From an uncultured Lachnospiraceae bacterium (GTDB lineage Bacteria; Bacillota; Clostridia; Lachnospirales; Lachnospiraceae): a DNA stretch of 64,000 nt. The notes below the pieces were generated by a model. That model did not search any database. It was not told the DNA's origin and saw only the letters and a list, made by a program, of their open reading frames with translations. Position numbers and translations under genes: made by a program. Within the stretch, counting starts at the first letter, position 1; each line of letters opens with the position of its first letter. This document shows positions 30,219 to 40,560 of this stretch, one piece after another. The DNA lies in the NCBI GenBank assembly GCA_934317005.1, contig CAKREB010000008.1, forward strand, positions 82,258 through 146,257. The letters run 5' to 3'.

Positions 30219-31316
30219 CTATATGATTTCTAAAAGCCATAAGATCCAAAAGAATCCATAGGCGAGAGCACTGTACAGCAAAGATAATCCAACTGTCCAC
30301 TTCATAGCAGCACCCTTATCTACCGGTAAATCCCCGACAAATTTTCCAGTCTGGCCATTCATAGCAAAGGTATACTGCTTTCCTTTCCAACTGGTATTCA
30401 ATAACCATACCGGATACAGCGCATACTGTGCATGACCATTGTGGAACTGTACACTGGTACTTTCTGCTGTCACATCCGTATATCCTTTGATCGTCGAAGC
30501 AAAGGACTGTTCTGTCGAACGTTTGACACGCTCATTGGCACGCTCAATGCTCTGCTCTGCCGTGACATCATACTTATCTGCTACATAGCCGGCAAGATAA
30601 GCTGTCTGGAAATCAACCGCCTCCTTAAAATTATATGGTTCAATGGATTCCATCAGATCATCCGGCATTTTTTCTGAACCGTCTACCGGAACGTGTTCAA
30701 ATCCGACACTTCCTTCACGGTGAATCATATAATGGCTAGTCTCTGTGTAATCATAATCCGAATCACTCCACATCCTTGTTTTGGTAGCATGATAACGGAT
30801 CTGTGCATCGACGTCGGTATCAAATAACCAGAATGGCACATAGACCCCTTTAATCTCGTCAATATGGTTTTCCCTCTTAAAAAATGCCGGAAGCAGTCTT
30901 TTACCTGACATATGTTTTTTCAGACCCTCTTTTGCTGCATTTTTATCTAACTTAAACGGAATCACAAAATCCGGACGTAGCGAACCGGAAAATTGTTCCA
31001 TCATCACAACCGGATTTCCGCAGAACGGGCAGGAAGTAGCTGCCGTATTTTCATCACCAATGATCTCACCGCCACAGGATTTACAGATATAAGAACGCAG
31101 TCCATCCGTTTCTCCCTCTTCCCATTCACTTCCCGCTACACTTTCCCAGTGCATATCATTTTCTTTTGTCTCTTTTTTCAATCCTTCGTCATAGCTTTTC
31201 AGAGTCTCCATTTCAAACTCTGTATCACAATAGGGACACTTCATCTTCTGGAGGGAACTGTCAAAGGCAATTGCACCGCCACAACAAGGGCATTTATATT
31301 CTAATGTTTCTGCCAT
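30219..31316 (-). CDS. Zinc-ribbon protein with a C-terminal TM anchor (YdjG-like)
   Basis: Two N-terminal CxxC...CxxC ribbons (KCPCCGG...CPYCDT; CKSCGG...CPFCGN) and a C-terminal hydrophobic helix. Confidence 0.5.
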   Translation of the reverse strand: MAETLEYKCPCCGGAIAFDSSLQKMKCPYCDTEFEMETLKSYDEGLKKETKENDMHWESVAGSEWEEGETDGLRSYICKSCGGEIIGDENTAATSCPFCGNPVVMMEQFSGSLRPDFVIPFKLDKNAAKEGLKKHMSGKRLLPAFFKRENHIDEIKGVYVPFWLFDTDVDAQIRYHATKTRMWSDSDYDYTETSHYMIHREGSVGFEHVPVDGSEKMPDDLMESIEPYNFKEAVDFQTAYLAGYVADKYDVTAEQSIERANERVKRSTEQSFASTIKGYTDVTAESTSVQFHNGHAQYALYPVWLLNTSWKGKQYTFAMNGQTGKFVGDLPVDKGAAMKWTVGLSLLYSALAYGFFWILWLLEII

Positions 31317-31327
31317 ACTCGTCCCCC

Positions 31328-32674
31328 CTATCTGATATCATTCTCATCAAAAGGATCCCCACATTCCGGACAGAATTTTGGTGGATTCTTTGGATCTTCC
31401 GGCTCCCAGCCGCATTTATCGCAACGGTACAGTGGTGCACCTTCCGGTTTCTTTGCACCACAGTTCGTACAAAACTTTCCTTTATTCACAGCACCACAGG
31501 AACAGGTCCAGCCATCGGCATCCTGTGGCTTTGGAGAACCACATTCCGGACAAAACTTTCCGGTTACTACCGTACCGCACTGGCATTTCCAGGAGTTTGC
31601 TGCTACGCTATCTGTCGACGGAGCTGCCTGTGCAGGCTGCTGTGTCTGCTGGGAGGCATTCTGCTGCTGTCCCATCGCAAAAAGATTCTGTGGATTGACA
31701 CCACCACCGGCATTCATTGCCATTCCCATCCCCATAAAACCAGTCATAGCCCCGGCATCATTGGAAGCCGCTGCACGCATAGCATCTGCCTGTGCATCAA
31801 CAAGATTGGCTGCTGCCATCGTTGGATCACGCATAATTGCGGCACGCTGTGCCTGCTTGATCATTTCGGCATCCTCATCTGGCAGAGTCACTGAACCCAG
31901 CGCGATACTGATAATCTTAATTCCACGTAACTCACTCCACTTAGCCGAAAGTGCTGTATTCATCGCATCCTCTAACTCAGTTGTATGAGCTACAATCTGG
32001 TTTGGACGCATTTCCATATCGGAGAGCTTGCCAAATGCCGGCTGTAAAGCACTGATAAATTCTGTCTTTAGCTGTCCGTCTAATTCATCACGGGTATATT
32101 CACTGCTGACATTACCACATACATTGGTATAAAATAGAATAGGATCTACAATCCGGTAAGAATACAGACCGGAGCAACGGATAGATACGTCGATATCCAA
32201 ACCGATTTTGGAATCTACCACACGAAATGGAACCGGATTTGGCGTTCCAAACTTGTTTTCTAAAATCTCTTTGGTATTAAAATAATAGACTCTTTGATCT
32301 TTTCCGGTATCCCCACCAAAAGTAAAACGTTTTCCAATTGTTTGGAAGGTTTGCTTCAGACTGTCTCCCAGCTTTCCGGAAAAAATACTTGGCTCTGTAG
32401 AAGTATCATATGTAAATTGTCCGGGTTCGGCGCAAACCTCCACAATCTTTCCCTGCTCTACGATAATCATACATTGACCATCTGCTACTGCAATTCCGGA
32501 ACCATTCGAAATAATATTGTCATTTCCTTTTGTGTTAGAAGAACGACCGCTGATCTGCTTCTGTCCCTTTGTCACCAACACTTCCTTTGGTATCGATTCA
32601 CAATAGAAAAATTCTTTCCATTGATCTGCCAAAGTGCCCCCAAGTGCACCGGCTCCTGCTTTAATAAGTCCCAT
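31328..32674 (-). CDS. SPFH/band-7 (flotillin-like, COG4260 'virion core protein'-like; YdjI-like) protein with four C-terminal zinc ribbons
   Basis: 448 aa; N-terminal SPFH-like region, Ala/Gln-rich linker, then repeated C(x)C...CPECG ribbons. Confidence 0.65.
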   Translation of the reverse strand: MGLIKAGAGALGGTLADQWKEFFYCESIPKEVLVTKGQKQISGRSSNTKGNDNIISNGSGIAVADGQCMIIVEQGKIVEVCAEPGQFTYDTSTEPSIFSGKLGDSLKQTFQTIGKRFTFGGDTGKDQRVYYFNTKEILENKFGTPNPVPFRVVDSKIGLDIDVSIRCSGLYSYRIVDPILFYTNVCGNVSSEYTRDELDGQLKTEFISALQPAFGKLSDMEMRPNQIVAHTTELEDAMNTALSAKWSELRGIKIISIALGSVTLPDEDAEMIKQAQRAAIMRDPTMAAANLVDAQADAMRAAASNDAGAMTGFMGMGMAMNAGGGVNPQNLFAMGQQQNASQQTQQPAQAAPSTDSVAANSWKCQCGTVVTGKFCPECGSPKPQDADGWTCSCGAVNKGKFCTNCGAKKPEGAPLYRCDKCGWEPEDPKNPPKFCPECGDPFDENDIR

Positions 32675-33009
32675 AAAGACCTCCTTTCAATTTTAATGTA
32701 CTCTCGGTATCTCCTCAAAACGAGTCATTCCGATAGTACATTTTAGGCATTGCCTTACCACATACCTAGCGCATCTTTTGTAATAGGAGACATGACATAC
32801 GATAGAATGTCATGTCTCCTGTCAACTCCTAAAAGTATCATAACTTTATGTATTCATTATAGCATAAACCTATGAGCTTTCCAACGAAATTTATGCTATC
32901 GATACATTTTTTACAGCGTAGAAACTTCTCGTTATCATAATAGCATGTATGACACGGACACAAGAAGTGCTCTTTTTTCTGCATAGACGGAGATGGCATA
33001 CCGATTTCC

Positions 33010-33561
33010 TTATACCAACCTCATCAGTTTGCAGTTTTCAATGCCGGCATCCCAGAAATGTTCTAACGGAATATCTTTCACCTGACATACGATACTGGAG
33101 TTCATCGCACCGTGTCCAATGATCAATACATCTTTTCCTTCCTGCAATGCAGGTTTTACCACTTCTTCTAAAAAATCACCGGTCCGGTCAAAAAGTTCTT
33201 CAAAGGTTTCTCCTCCTTCTGCCGGAATATAATGCACCGGATCTTGAAACAGTGTATGAATTGGACTGTCTTTTCCTTCTTTGTCTCCATTCATCCCTTC
33301 ACAGCTCCCAAAAGACATTTCCATCAACCGATTATCGTACAAAATGGGGACATTACGCCCTTTCAAAAATAATTCTGCCGTTTCTGCTGCCCGTTTTAAC
33401 GGCGAACAATAACAGATATCAAAATGCGTAGTCTGATATTGTCTGCCAGCCTCTTCTGCCATCCGGCGTCCCTCTTCGTTTAATGGAATATCTGTCCGCC
33501 CCTGAATCTTTCGCAGTGCATTCCAATCCGTCTTTCCGTGTCTCATGATATATAACATCAT
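33010..33561 (-). CDS. Histidine phosphatase family protein (phosphoglycerate-mutase-like)
   Basis: MMLYIMRHGKTDWN RHG motif; 183 aa. Confidence 0.7.
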   Translation of the reverse strand: MMLYIMRHGKTDWNALRKIQGRTDIPLNEEGRRMAEEAGRQYQTTHFDICYCSPLKRAAETAELFLKGRNVPILYDNRLMEMSFGSCEGMNGDKEGKDSPIHTLFQDPVHYIPAEGGETFEELFDRTGDFLEEVVKPALQEGKDVLIIGHGAMNSSIVCQVKDIPLEHFWDAGIENCKLMRLV

Positions 33562-33592
33562 TTGTCTCCTTTATACTTTTATTGTATCCTAT

Positions 33593-34384
33593 TTATTTTT
33601 CATTTACCAATTTTCCAGTCATATGATCTATCCGGATGGCAACTAACTGCGCCCGGTTGATTGCTTTCTTCATTTCGCTTTCGACCTCTTCTATCGTTGG
33701 ATAATATTTCATTGCGAGTTTTCTGATCTTTTCTACAGTCTTCTGCTCATCCTCCACAAGCTCTGCCGTACCAAATACAACGACACTTGTTACATTAAAT
33801 GCCCAGTCATCCTCTGTCTGAAATCCGGTGTTCCATGTTGTAAAACATACACGATTGTTCTTTTGGATTGCATCAATCTTATGCCCTTCCTTTGCACAAT
33901 GAAAATAAATCACATTGTCAGATGCTTCATAATAAAAATCAATCGGTATCGCATACGGATAGCCATTTTCACCGATAACCGATAACGCTGCACGCTTTTC
34001 TTTTGTCAGGATCTCGATGCATTCCTCCTTTGAAACTTCCTGTCGGATACGGCGCATTGGGCGAAAAGTATCAGGCAGTTTAGTTTCCAAAGCCTGATGT
34101 GACAACTTCTGTACCTCAGTGTCTGCGATATACTGTTCCTTCAGCTTTTGTAGGGTCTTCATATGCGGTGACTGCAAGTGGACTTCCTGTTTCGTTTGGG
34201 ATTGCCACTCTTCGACTAAAAGAATCGTATCTTTCTCCTGTGCATCCAGATAATACTGATACTGTACACAGCCATCTTCCTGCAAAACAGCTTCAAGAAT
34301 GCCTGCATTTGTTACCTCTTCTATAAATTTTTCACGCATTTGCTGCTTTGCCTGATATTTTACTAAAAGTATGATATGTTCCAT
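33593..34384 (-). CDS. Two-domain protein: N-terminal ABM (antibiotic biosynthesis monooxygenase)-like domain fused to a pyridoxamine 5'-phosphate oxidase-like FMN-binding split-barrel domain
   Basis: HIILLVKYQAKQQ...ferredoxin-like ABM N-terminus; a C-terminal half typical of NimA/PNPOx-like split barrels. Confidence 0.5.
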   Translation of the reverse strand: MEHIILLVKYQAKQQMREKFIEEVTNAGILEAVLQEDGCVQYQYYLDAQEKDTILLVEEWQSQTKQEVHLQSPHMKTLQKLKEQYIADTEVQKLSHQALETKLPDTFRPMRRIRQEVSKEECIEILTKEKRAALSVIGENGYPYAIPIDFYYEASDNVIYFHCAKEGHKIDAIQKNNRVCFTTWNTGFQTEDDWAFNVTSVVVFGTAELVEDEQKTVEKIRKLAMKYYPTIEEVESEMKKAINRAQLVAIRIDHMTGKLVNEK

Positions 34385-34613
34385 GCCACTCTCCAATCCT
34401 GCGCTGCTTTTTGCGCATTTTAAATTTGTACTTGCACCCATTATCTCCTAACTCTGCACATGATTTCTGGCATAATAGAATTTCGGAGACACTCCTAAGA
34501 TGAGCTTGCTAGAATCCATTATATCATATAGCGCAAGGGAGACAAAAAAAAGTAGGACAAAGCCATCACCAAATGCCATTATCCTACTTTTTACGAACAA
34601 CTCTTCTATTGCA

Positions 34614-36743
34614 TCATGCATTCTGCTTTTCTGAAATTGTTAGCGTTACTTTTCCGCTAAATGCCTCTATACCGGAAAGCGAAAAATAAAGACTTTCATT
34701 TTCTTTCAGACCACAGGCTTTTAAATCGATCGTCATTGTACCTGCAAAGTTCCAATTTTCTTTTGCCAATACATATTTTTCATCCATAACAACCCAATAT
34801 GGATTGCTGTTATCAACCTGCTTTGCCAGAGAGCAAACAGCATTTCCACTCATATTTTCTGCCTGCATTTTCAAAACCGGTTCTTTAAATTGTGACCAGT
34901 CTATCGAACTGATCTTACATACACCGCCGTCAAGACCGACTGTGAAGTCAGAGCTATCACTGCCAACGGCTTTACTTGGAACCCAACCGGAATATTCCAG
35001 ATTTCCCTGCCATTGTAATTGTTTCTTCGCTGTCTGCGCTGGTCTTGCAACTGCCGTGCTTTTTGCATATTCTTCTAAAGATTTATAATTTGCAGCCTCT
35101 GTTTCATTGACTATAGAGCAGGTACTTCTTGAATAGATTCTATTGATATCCCAAAGCATAGGGCACATACTGTGATCTAAAGCATATTTACATACATTAT
35201 AAATAAATACATCACGCCCGTCTTTTCGATATCTTGTGCCATCTGATTTTTTTCCATCTGCAACACCATATTCACCAATGATGACCGGAATTCCCTTGTT
35301 GATATAATTTAAGCGCATACTGTTAAAAGAGCTTTTCATTTCTTCAATATCGGAAGTAGTTCCCCATGAATCACTATACCCCCATGAATTGTCAGGGCTA
35401 TCTGCGATACAGTAAGTTGCCGGCTCATAATAATGTACGGAAATAAACATATGTGAAGCAATGGTATCTTTTGGCATAACAAATCGTTTATCACACGTCC
35501 TTGTAATATTGGTATCATAACCTGCGATTAAAAGAAAACGTGACGCATTGTTTCCTCCGGTGCCACGGACAATGTCTACAAATGTCTGATTGATATTTGC
35601 AACCTGTTTGTAAATTTCATCCTCACTCGTAAAATATCCGGATGTAATGGTATCAGACGAAGTATTTAAAGATGCCCCTAACTCTTCATTTGCAGATTCA
35701 AATATCAAATAATCGGAATATTCTTTGTATCTATTTGCAATCTGTGTCCACATCGCTTTGTATTTTTCCATTGCGGCAGCGCGGACAGAAGCATCTGGAG
35801 AACCAAACTCTGACCACCATCCACTGTCATAATGAATATTTACGATTACATACATTCCAGCATTAAAAGCATAATTCATTACTGTCTCAACGCGGTCAAA
35901 ATATGCTTTATTAATGGTGTAATTTCCGTCTGATGACATCATATTAGACCATGCTACCGGAATCCGGATAGAATGAAATCCGGCATTCTTCATACCAGTG
36001 ATCATTTCCTGTGTTGTGATTGGTGCACCCCATGCCACTTCATAGTTTGATACACTTGAAGAATTGATCCATGTCCCACAGCTCTCCATAGTGTTTCCAA
36101 GATTGATTCCAAGTCCCATTTCATGGACAACATCAAACGCATCGATATCACTTCTCATTTTTCCGTTATCTATGGTTGTAATTCCATTAGCAGATAAATG
36201 TGGTGTAGCGGTTTCTGACGGTGCTTTGGTAGGTTCTGCCGTCGGTGCTGTGGTTGGCTGTGGTGTTGTCGGTATAACAGAAGGCGCCGTTGTCACTGCC
36301 GGTGTTTCCGTTACTTTTGGTGCCGTTGTTGGCGCAACTGTCGGCTGTACGGCTGGGGTACTGCTTGCCTTTGCTTTTACGGTAAGGATACAATTTAACT
36401 TTTTGCTCTGTTTTCCCTTTTTGGCGATACGGTATGTTACCTTACAAGTAATCGTAGTTTTTCCAGCCTTTTTTGCGCGGACTTTGCCCTTCTGGTCGAC
36501 GGTTGCGACCTTTTTGGCACTGCTGCTCCACTTTGCGGAAAGAATCTTACTGTTTGCCAGTTTTTTTGCCACCTTCAATTTGACAGTCTTTCCTGCTGTA
36601 ACTGTTTTCTTTGTGTAGTTGAGTCGGAATGTTCCTGCTGCACTGCTTGTGGAAGTGTTACCCATTGCTACGGATGTCACCGCCAGCACTGCACTTAACC
36701 CAAGCGCAACACATTTTTTCATCACTGTTTTTGTTTTTTTCAT
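34614..36743 (-). CDS. Secreted GH5 glycoside hydrolase: Big_2 Ig-like domain, P/T-rich linker, GH5 catalytic domain, C-terminal beta domain
   Basis: Signal peptide MKKTKTVMKKCVALGLSAV; Big_2 pattern; PT linker; GH5 motifs FHSIRIPVAW, FESANEE, IGEYGV. Confidence 0.75.
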   Translation of the reverse strand: MKKTKTVMKKCVALGLSAVLAVTSVAMGNTSTSSAAGTFRLNYTKKTVTAGKTVKLKVAKKLANSKILSAKWSSSAKKVATVDQKGKVRAKKAGKTTITCKVTYRIAKKGKQSKKLNCILTVKAKASSTPAVQPTVAPTTAPKVTETPAVTTAPSVIPTTPQPTTAPTAEPTKAPSETATPHLSANGITTIDNGKMRSDIDAFDVVHEMGLGINLGNTMESCGTWINSSSVSNYEVAWGAPITTQEMITGMKNAGFHSIRIPVAWSNMMSSDGNYTINKAYFDRVETVMNYAFNAGMYVIVNIHYDSGWWSEFGSPDASVRAAAMEKYKAMWTQIANRYKEYSDYLIFESANEELGASLNTSSDTITSGYFTSEDEIYKQVANINQTFVDIVRGTGGNNASRFLLIAGYDTNITRTCDKRFVMPKDTIASHMFISVHYYEPATYCIADSPDNSWGYSDSWGTTSDIEEMKSSFNSMRLNYINKGIPVIIGEYGVADGKKSDGTRYRKDGRDVFIYNVCKYALDHSMCPMLWDINRIYSRSTCSIVNETEAANYKSLEEYAKSTAVARPAQTAKKQLQWQGNLEYSGWVPSKAVGSDSSDFTVGLDGGVCKISSIDWSQFKEPVLKMQAENMSGNAVCSLAKQVDNSNPYWVVMDEKYVLAKENWNFAGTMTIDLKACGLKENESLYFSLSGIEAFSGKVTLTISEKQNA

Positions 36744-37100
36744 CCATGTACGTCCTTTCTTCTTTTGTAAAAATGAAAGAGAAACACTGACTGCACTAGC
36801 AAAAAAGAATGCACTCTGCATTGCAGCAGGTTTTTTTGTAGTTTTTTTCTTTTGTAGCTTTGTCTTTTGTGATTTTCTCTTTCGTATAACTCAGATTATT
36901 ATGAAAACAGAATCAAAATTCGTATGCTTCCATAACCATCTGCACTGTACTTATATTATACCACTTTATCTTGCATAGGTTTGCCGCCTTTTCAGTGCTG
37001 TATCTTCTGTTTTCACCCTTTCACTGCTCTAGTATAACGACATTCATAATGGATACATTGACTAACCTGCATTTCTGATAGCACACATCAAAAAACAAAT

Positions 37101-39791
37101 TTACAGATTTTCATTTCTCAGTGCTTCCAGCGGATTGTCCCGTTTCATCTTTCGCATAGCATACAGCATACTAATAAATACTACAAGAAATACATTCACT
37201 GCAGAAGTTAAGATTCCCTGCCATGGAAATAAATATGGCGTATCCATTCCAATCCCCACTGCCCGATACATAAAATAACTAAGAAGCAGAGAAACGGGTA
37301 TTCCCCATAAAAGACTCTTTAATCCGTATAAAATACACTCATAACTCATCATCCGTTGAAATCCCCTCTGTGTCATACCGACGGATTTTAACATAGCAAA
37401 TTCCTGACGGCGCAATAATACATTGGACGATATCGTATTAAATACATTGGCAACCGAAATCAATGAAATCAGAATAATGAATCCATATGAGAAAATCTGA
37501 ATAATTGTGACCAATGCCATGCTGGATTCATTATTACGTCTTTCATCTACAATACTGCTTCTGGCGTATTTTTCATTGACAAGCCGTGCCGAAAAATAAT
37601 CTGCCAGCTGTGTGCTTGCCTTTTCATGCTGCTTTGCCTTTAGCGCATACCATACCTGATCATATCCGTCGAGATCTTCTAACATTCCATTTCTCTCCGC
37701 TGCGCTATAGGGCAATACCATTGTCATGATCATATCCATCGAACTGACAGATACTCCCATAGGCCGGTTTTCCGGCAGTTCTTTTGCCAGATGTACCGGA
37801 TAAGTGTGCATCGCTTTCTTTAGTGGAAGCTTCTTTTCTTTTCCCGTCTCATTCTGATAATAACAAGAGTCCCCCTCACGATACATATATTTATATCCCT
37901 TTACGCTGCGTGCCAGCTGTAAAGAAAGATCGAATCCACCCTTTTTGAAATATTTCATCGTATATAATTTTTTATCTTTCAGGATCGCTGCCTCATTTTC
38001 ATACAGGCAGGACAGATCATCTGCATGCATGTATTGGGAAACATCCAGATTTTGTTTCTCCAGATAGGACCGATAAACCGAATCTTCGACAAAATAAAGG
38101 TCGATTGGAAGCAGTATGCTTTTTTTCCCGGAGGGAATCCATTCCGGATAATTTTCCTGAATATACTGCAAAAACGTATCGTCCACAGCCTCTTGCGGAA
38201 CTTCTACTTCGGAATAATCTTTGCAAAAATAGCTGACCGAATCGACTGCACTTAAACTGCCAATTGCCTTTGTCAATTGTGAAACAGTCATGTCTCCGGC
38301 TTCTGATTTCTGCACGGCACATATAATATCATAATTAACATTTTGTGATACCGCATTCGTTGAACGGGTTATATAACCGGTAAAACTGGTCGCACTGACA
38401 AATAATACGATACTGATAAATAGCGAAAAAACTGTTGTGCGATATTTTTTGCGATTCCGCTTAAAATTCTTGCTGGCAAGCATACCGCAAAATCCAAAGA
38501 TCCGATACGTAATACGTGATGTTTTGATCTTATTTGCCCGTATTTTTATATCCCTGCTTTGGCGGATTGCCTGAATTGCCGGAATCCGCACTGCCCTTAC
38601 CGCCGGAATCATAGAAGACAAGAAAACCGTGACGATTCCAATTACACTGGAGATTACAACAGACTGCCATGTGATCACAAGATGAAGCCTGACCGATACC
38701 TGTGATGCCCATAGTTGATTCATAAAACCGGAAATGCCATGCAGCGTTATACCAATACCACCCAATCCGGCAAGCAGGCCAAGCGGTATACCAATGCAGC
38801 ATAATAAACCACCTTCTAACAGCACACTGTACAAAATCTGCTTCTTAGTTGCACCAATGGACTTTAACAGTCCATACTGCTTTGTCCGTTCACTCAATGA
38901 GATAGAAAATGCGTTGTAGATTAGAGAAATAGCACCTAACATAATAATCATTATTAAAATAAAACCTAATGTATAGATTGTTCGGTTATATCGATCATTT
39001 AAACTGTTTCCCTGATAGCGGAGCAGATCACCATGTGTTGTATAGGCTCCGCCGTTTTTCGTATACTTTTCCAATGCGCTGTCACAGGTTTCCGGATGCT
39101 GAAAGGTCATAAAAACATCACAGCCAGAAATACTTTTCCCGTCGGAACAGGTAAAAGCCGTATAACCGGAAGCAAAGTCTTCTTCGGAGGCCGGCCGCTC
39201 ACAGATTCCGACAATCGTATAAGTCTGAGTCCTGTTTATCTTAAGATACTCTTTCTCCTGATAAGGGTTTTGCTCCGTCAATGCCTCTTCTTTGTTTTTG
39301 ACTTTCGTCATACGGGTTCCGAGTTTTAACGAAATGGTATCACCAACCTGATATTTAATTCCACCATTATAATCCAGATGCTTTGGAATCACGAGCTCCT
39401 GCGCATTTTTCGGCATTCTGCCCTCTAATATAGTGATTGGACTGTATTTCGTATAATTGCTGTCAATGCCTTCCACCGTGAGATAAGGTTTTCCATCCTC
39501 CGTCGTTTTTTCTAATTTCGCATAGCCTAAGTAGTCGATGACCGTGTATCCTTTGATCTTTTTGTCCTTTATGATGGACTTTGCATTTTCCTCTGTCGTG
39601 GAAAGCACCTTACCTTCCCACGCACCATTGGTTTCCATTTCTGTGTTAAGTATATACTGCTGGACACTGACAATAATGGAAGTCACTGCAGTAAACATAG
39701 CAACAGAAAGCGCAATTCCTATAATCGTTACCAGTGTACGGATCTTATTTTTTGCTAAGGTACGACAGGTAAATTGATTCAAGATATTCAT
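37101..39791 (-). CDS. BceB/MacB-type ABC permease with two FtsX domains
   Basis: 896 aa, 10 TM, large extracytoplasmic domain after TM1; ATGA overlap with the upstream ATPase. Confidence 0.75.
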   Translation of the reverse strand: MNILNQFTCRTLAKNKIRTLVTIIGIALSVAMFTAVTSIIVSVQQYILNTEMETNGAWEGKVLSTTEENAKSIIKDKKIKGYTVIDYLGYAKLEKTTEDGKPYLTVEGIDSNYTKYSPITILEGRMPKNAQELVIPKHLDYNGGIKYQVGDTISLKLGTRMTKVKNKEEALTEQNPYQEKEYLKINRTQTYTIVGICERPASEEDFASGYTAFTCSDGKSISGCDVFMTFQHPETCDSALEKYTKNGGAYTTHGDLLRYQGNSLNDRYNRTIYTLGFILIMIIMLGAISLIYNAFSISLSERTKQYGLLKSIGATKKQILYSVLLEGGLLCCIGIPLGLLAGLGGIGITLHGISGFMNQLWASQVSVRLHLVITWQSVVISSVIGIVTVFLSSMIPAVRAVRIPAIQAIRQSRDIKIRANKIKTSRITYRIFGFCGMLASKNFKRNRKKYRTTVFSLFISIVLFVSATSFTGYITRSTNAVSQNVNYDIICAVQKSEAGDMTVSQLTKAIGSLSAVDSVSYFCKDYSEVEVPQEAVDDTFLQYIQENYPEWIPSGKKSILLPIDLYFVEDSVYRSYLEKQNLDVSQYMHADDLSCLYENEAAILKDKKLYTMKYFKKGGFDLSLQLARSVKGYKYMYREGDSCYYQNETGKEKKLPLKKAMHTYPVHLAKELPENRPMGVSVSSMDMIMTMVLPYSAAERNGMLEDLDGYDQVWYALKAKQHEKASTQLADYFSARLVNEKYARSSIVDERRNNESSMALVTIIQIFSYGFIILISLISVANVFNTISSNVLLRRQEFAMLKSVGMTQRGFQRMMSYECILYGLKSLLWGIPVSLLLSYFMYRAVGIGMDTPYLFPWQGILTSAVNVFLVVFISMLYAMRKMKRDNPLEALRNENL

Positions 39792-40471
39792 GACCGGATC
39801 ACCTCATCTCTGGTCAGCTTTCCATCCTCAATGGCAAGAATGCGGTCTGCCTGCAAAGCAATGTTTTCATCGTGTGTGATCATGAGCAGCGTCTGATGAT
39901 ACTTTTTATTGGACTCTTTTAACAGCTCCATAATCTCATGACTGTTGCTGCTGTCCAGATTTCCGGTCGGCTCATCCGCAAGAACCACGGAAGGTGCATT
40001 CATCAGCGCACGTCCGATAGATACCCTCTGTTGCTGTCCACCGGACAACTGATTCGGCAGATGCTTTTCTCTCCCCTCTAACCGCAGGGTATGGATCATT
40101 TCCTGCAGTCTTTTTTCATTTACCTTCCTGCCATCCATTAAAATCGGCAATGTCATATTTTCTTTGACATTTAACACCGGGATCAGATTATAAAACTGAT
40201 AGATCAATCCAACCTGCCGCCGGCGAAATACCGCTAACTGTTCTTCGTTTTGTGCAAAAACATCCTGACCTCCCAGATATACCTTACCGGATGTCGGAAC
40301 ATCCACGGCACCGAGAATATGAAGAAGCGTTGACTTTCCGGAACCGGATGGCCCGATGATCGCTACAAACTCTCCCTTCTCTACCGAAAAGGACACATCA
40401 TCCAATGCATGTACGGCATTTTCTCCCTGTCCATATACTTTTTTAACATGTTCTACTCTTAATATTTCCAT
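39788..40471 (-). CDS. BceA/MacB-type ABC ATP-binding protein
   Basis: Walker A GPSGSGKST, LSGGQQQRVSIGRAL, Walker B VLADEPTGNLD. Confidence 0.85.
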   Translation of the reverse strand: MEILRVEHVKKVYGQGENAVHALDDVSFSVEKGEFVAIIGPSGSGKSTLLHILGAVDVPTSGKVYLGGQDVFAQNEEQLAVFRRRQVGLIYQFYNLIPVLNVKENMTLPILMDGRKVNEKRLQEMIHTLRLEGREKHLPNQLSGGQQQRVSIGRALMNAPSVVLADEPTGNLDSSNSHEIMELLKESNKKYHQTLLMITHDENIALQADRILAIEDGKLTRDEVIRS

Positions 40472-40560
40472 CGTTTCCCCTCTCCTTGTTTTTTGTCCGT
40501 TGCAGGATATAGCATATAACAGGGGAATGACAATGGCGTGACTCTAAAGTGACAATTTTG

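Noticed and set aside
31166-31988. Plus-strand 242-aa, 106-aa and 97-aa ORFs
   Set aside because: Cys/His-rich low-complexity antisense translation of the zinc-ribbon and SPFH genes.
36064-36618. Plus-strand 184-aa ORF rich in V/G/A/T
   Set aside because: Antisense of the P/T-rich linker of the GH5 gene.
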